A DNA stretch of 40,797 nucleotides, taken from the IMG/VR virus record IMGVR_UViG_3300005980_000007, positions 1 to 40,797 of that record; one strand, 5' to 3'. Under the pieces are notes generated by a model that saw only the letters and a program-made list of their open reading frames with translations, ran no database searches and had not been told where the DNA came from. Position 1 is the first letter of the stretch, and every line of letters begins with the position of its first letter. The translations under genes and the position numbers were made by a program. Below are positions 38,105 to 40,797 of this stretch, one piece after another. Origin of the DNA: a virus. Lineage: Duplodnaviria; Caudoviricetes.

Positions 38105-38209
38105 TACTCACAAAAAGCGTATATCTATTCAAAGCCTTACGGCATGTGACGCCTTGATGTGACGTAATCTACGCACAAAAAGCGCATACGTCAACGCACA
38201 AAAAGCGTA
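38105..38209. promoter_or_regulatory. Three 17-bp operator-like sites, consensus TACGC-ACAAAAA-GCGTA (38105..38121, 38170..38186, 38193..38209)
   Basis: TACTCACAAAAAGCGTA, TACGCACAAAAAGCGCA, AACGCACAAAAAGCGTA; each is one mismatch from consensus, with dyad arms. Confidence 0.8.
38166..38194 (-). promoter_or_regulatory. Host sigma70 early promoter
   Basis: TTGACG (38194..38189), 17-nt spacer, TAGATT (38171..38166), upstream of the first early gene. Confidence 0.75.
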
Positions 38210-38225
38210 GATGTGGCGGAAAACG

Positions 38226-38263
38226 AAAAAAACCCGGCGAATCCTTTATGGACTCAACCGGGC
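38226..38263 (-). terminator. Intrinsic terminator closing the integrase operon
   Basis: CCCGG-TTGAGTCC-ATAAA-GGATTCG-CCGGG followed by TTTTTTT. Confidence 0.85.
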
Positions 38264-38278
38264 TTCAGTGTGGCGCTG

Positions 38279-38614
38279 TTAGTAAATAGGATTCTGCCTA
38301 AGCAGCGTCATTAGGGCGCGGCGCGTTTCAATGTGAGAGACCTTCAAGGACATCGCAAGGCAAAGCCAAGACCCAAAGTATATGCAGTCCTGACTTCGCC
38401 CGTAGGCATCCTTATACTGACCGTGATGGGCTACAGCCGTACTGCCAGCAAACCAAAAACCAGTAGGCTTTTCGACAAGCACGCCAGCCTCGGATAGCTC
38501 AACCAATGCAGCCCGAAAAGTCCGTATCAAGTCAGCGTGAGACCTGGGGCGAGTTGTCACCGGCCCCATCTGGAGAATCTCATAGGTGGACGTGAAGAGC
38601 TTTGGTGATTCCAT
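38279..38614 (-). CDS. 111-aa protein with a possible winged-helix N-terminus
   Basis: TAGGA RBS; YEILQMGPVTT..TFRAALVELSEAGVLVEKPTGFW pattern; fold call is tentative. Confidence 0.6.
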   Translation of the reverse strand: MESPKLFTSTYEILQMGPVTTRPRSHADLIRTFRAALVELSEAGVLVEKPTGFWFAGSTAVAHHGQYKDAYGRSQDCIYFGSWLCLAMSLKVSHIETRRALMTLLRQNPIY

Positions 38615-38617
38615 GAA

Positions 38618-38728
38618 TCAAAATCCTAATAGAGCCGTCACCTTTGGGAACGCTTGGACAAACTTGATGATCCCGTAGAGAACGGCGGCACTGAGGACCC
38701 ATGCGGCGACTGTTAACGCTCGGTCCAT
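38618..38728 (-). CDS. 36-aa membrane peptide (MDRALTVAAWVLSAAVLYGIIKFVQAFPKVTALLGF), not in the ORF track
   Basis: AAGGA RBS; 3-nt gaps to both neighbours; one hydrophobic helix. Confidence 0.65.
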   Translation of the reverse strand: MDRALTVAAWVLSAAVLYGIIKFVQAFPKVTALLGF

Positions 38729-38731
38729 GGG

Positions 38732-39127
38732 TCAATCCTTTGTGTTGAGTGTGAATGCTTGGGCTGCACCGCTCAAGACGTACCAGCAGTTACGGTTAAG
38801 GCCGGACTCTTTCGTGATCTTCACGCCTGTAATGCCATCAGCGCCTTGAGCGTATGCGGCCACCTTCAAGTCGATAAGCACACTGGCTTCCGTAGGTGAT
38901 TCCTCCACAAAGCTCCTATGGCACCGTCCAGCAGACACAGTGGTCAGTGGTTCAGCACCAGCAGGAAGAGCTTCGTAGACCTTCACTGTACGCACTGCCT
39001 CCCGCTGGTCCTTTAGGCTCGCGTAAGACTGCTCATTGCCGACTTGGAGATTCGAAGAGTGACTACCACAGCCAGCCAGGAGCAAAAGACCAAGCGCACC
39101 CGCAACACCAACATAACCACAGCGCAT
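38732..39127 (-). CDS. RcsF-like lipoprotein, 131 aa
   Basis: Start reassigned to ATG 39127 (AGGGAG RBS); signal peptide with lipobox LAGC; mature pattern VKVYE..VSAGRC..AYAQGADGI..NCW..GAAQAF. Confidence 0.7.
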   Translation of the reverse strand: MRCGYVGVAGALGLLLLAGCGSHSSNLQVGNEQSYASLKDQREAVRTVKVYEALPAGAEPLTTVSAGRCHRSFVEESPTEASVLIDLKVAAYAQGADGITGVKITKESGLNRNCWYVLSGAAQAFTLNTKD

Positions 39128-39178
39128 CACATGAAGCTCCCTTTTAGAAAGCCGCACATGATACATCAGCAAGAGCCT

Positions 39179-40630
39179 TTAACTATCAGCCAAGGCCGAC
39201 TTGAGGGCCTCGCCTAACCTGCTCACCTGTACCGCACTGCCTGCCCCGTAGAGGTCGAACGTAATGGACCCTGAGCTATGTCCTAAGATTTCCTGAGCGG
39301 TCCCCAATGGGACTTCAGCCGCCTTTAAGGCACCTGCAAGGTGGTGCCTCAATGAGTGGAAGGACTGGCCTGTCTTCGTCTCTATTTTCAAGACTTCGCG
39401 TATACGCTGGTTAAGTGCCGCTGTGAAAGCTGGCGCGGTGTGCAGGAACAGACGGCCGTTAGCCGCCTCTGCGTAAGCCTTAAGAGCCTCTAAGTCGACC
39501 CCGAACGCATCCACCAAGGGCACCTTACGGGCGCTGAATTTGTTCTTCAGGGTCTTTCCGCCGTTGGTGTTGATGTCCATCACCAGCACACCATCAAGAC
39601 CCTTCAATATGTCATCTGAGGTCAGTTGCTGGATCTCCCCGACACGAGCCCCGGTGATCACTCCAAGAGTCAGCGCCCAACGGTGCCATGAGTCCCCAGG
39701 TAGGCTATTAGCGTGAGCCATAAGTGCCTGTGCCTGATCCCGCGTGAAGGCTGTGCGCTCGCTCTCAGTCCCTTTCAGTATCTGGAGCTTCTTGCAGAAG
39801 GCCTGTTTGATATGGCCGTTATCAACTGCCCAACTGAGGATCGTAGTTAGCTGCGTGATGATCTTGTTAACCGTCACGGCCTTCCGGCCCTCTTTCAGGC
39901 TCTCACGGGCCGCGATCAGATCAGCCCTTGAGTGTGTCGCCATATCTTTATCACCCAGGACACCGATCAGAGTTTCACAGCACGTCTTCACGCTTCTCAT
40001 GCTGGACTCTTTGAGGTCTTCCCGGCGTTCATCCATGTACAGAGCTGCAAGAGCTTCAAAGGTCACGGCAGGTCCGCCTTGAGGCTTCGTGGCGGTGGTG
40101 GCGGTAGACACTGTTTGAGTCAGGGACTCACTAACGGGCCCCACAGAGTCAAGCTCTTCGATAAGCCCCCTGATAGGACCCAAGAAGCCATCAGCTCTCC
40201 GCTCACCGGCAGTCATTAGGCGCCTCCCAAAGTCCACAGCCAGAGTCTGCGGGACGCTCAGTGGCTCAGTGGCTGCTATCTCGTTCAGGTCTGCCAGGAC
40301 ATCCGTATATATCCGTGCAGGCCCGCCCAGCTCATCCCACACAGAACGTGTCTGTATGACTGACTCCGCGATGTCTCTAAGGTTGGCTTTAAGCTCATCC
40401 CATGATGCATCGGGTCTATCGAGGTGGAAGGCTCTAAGGGTCTTTAGGAGGTGTGCAGCGGTAGCCAATGCGGTTTGCCTGTGTGTCGTCTTGAGGGAGA
40501 GCGTTAGGGACTGTTTGGAGCCCATAGGACGGACTCGGAGAGTGTATCGACCCTCCCTCCTGTACAGATAAGGACAGGCAAGGTCTAACAGTGTTCTAAC
40601 AGTTTGGCTCTTTTGGATGGTGGTTAGCAT
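39179..40630 (-). CDS. int: Tyrosine integrase (483 aa from ATG 40630; frame open up to TTG 40675)
   Basis: TGARVGEI (R), LKNKFSARKVP (K), FHSLRH (H-x-x-R), LGHS (H), DLYG (Y); adjacent to att. Confidence 0.95.
   Translation of the reverse strand: MLTTIQKSQTVRTLLDLACPYLYRREGRYTLRVRPMGSKQSLTLSLKTTHRQTALATAAHLLKTLRAFHLDRPDASWDELKANLRDIAESVIQTRSVWDELGGPARIYTDVLADLNEIAATEPLSVPQTLAVDFGRRLMTAGERRADGFLGPIRGLIEELDSVGPVSESLTQTVSTATTATKPQGGPAVTFEALAALYMDERREDLKESSMRSVKTCCETLIGVLGDKDMATHSRADLIAARESLKEGRKAVTVNKIITQLTTILSWAVDNGHIKQAFCKKLQILKGTESERTAFTRDQAQALMAHANSLPGDSWHRWALTLGVITGARVGEIQQLTSDDILKGLDGVLVMDINTNGGKTLKNKFSARKVPLVDAFGVDLEALKAYAEAANGRLFLHTAPAFTAALNQRIREVLKIETKTGQSFHSLRHHLAGALKAAEVPLGTAQEILGHSSGSITFDLYGAGSAVQVSRLGEALKSALADS
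40584..40601. repeat. Second copy of TCTAACAGTGTTCTAACA, putative arm-type site within the 5' end of int
   Basis: Identical to 172..189, same orientation. Confidence 0.7.
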
Positions 40631-40677
40631 GGTCAAACCCCTGGATTCATTGGGTAAGACCTCATGTGTCACCAAGT

Positions 40678-40691
40678 AGGCATTCTACTCG
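40678..40691. repeat. att core, uvrC-side junction; contains the uvrC stop codon
   Basis: Identical to 100..113. Confidence 0.93.
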
Positions 40692-40797
40692 CTGTGCAGA
40701 TTTGCATAAATCAACTCAGCGAGCTTTTTACTGATACCGGGTGCTTTGGCTATTTCGTCAATGCTGGCACGGGAGAGCTCTTGCAAGCCACCAAAAT
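40685..40797 (-). CDS. uvrC: Host excinuclease ABC subunit C, 3' end only
   Basis: Reads [36 protein letters not shown], the UvrC C-terminal HhH region. Confidence 0.92.
   Translation of the reverse strand, partial: FGGLQELSRASIDEIAKAPGISKKLAELIYANLHSE

Noticed and set aside
37917-38132. 71-aa minus-strand ORF as a Cro-like gene
   Set aside because: It crosses an operator and the phage promoter, overlaps the better-supported 37795..38043 ORF, and has no HTH pattern.
38101-38132. Second sigma70 promoter using TTGAAT (38132..38127)
   Set aside because: No acceptable -10 hexamer at 16-18 nt spacing.
40560-40577. Possible LexA box in the int 5' region (CTGT...ACAG)
   Set aside because: Spacer is 10 nt rather than the required 8.

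Overview
Almost the whole window (100..40691) is one apparently intact T7-like (Autographiviridae-type) prophage of about 40.6 kb, with every gene on the minus strand. It is integrated at the stop codon of host uvrC, just upstream of pgsA, and is bounded by a 14-bp direct repeat (AGGCATTCTACTCG). The flanking peptides and gene order point to a Pseudomonas host. It carries the complete T7 lytic programme in canonical order: single-subunit RNA polymerase, ligase, gp2, SSB, endonuclease, amidase, primase-helicase, DNA polymerase, exonuclease, portal, scaffold, capsid, tail, ejectosome, fibre, lysis and terminase genes. A lysogeny module is added: a tyrosine integrase heading a four-gene operon (int, RcsF-like lipoprotein, 36-aa membrane peptide, possible winged-helix protein) closed by a terminator. 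Read directly from the DNA are nine phage-RNAP promoters (all with predicted +1 A, one directly upstream of the RNAP gene), three 17-bp operator-like pseudo-palindromes over the early promoter, putative arm-type repeats on both sides of att, an outward-facing sigma70 promoter that swaps targets between pgsA and int on recombination, and a -1 frameshift adding an Ig-like domain to the capsid. The early region also encodes a Bro-N protein and a 2OG-Fe(II) dioxygenase. All protein calls come from motif recognition and synteny by eye; no database searches were run.
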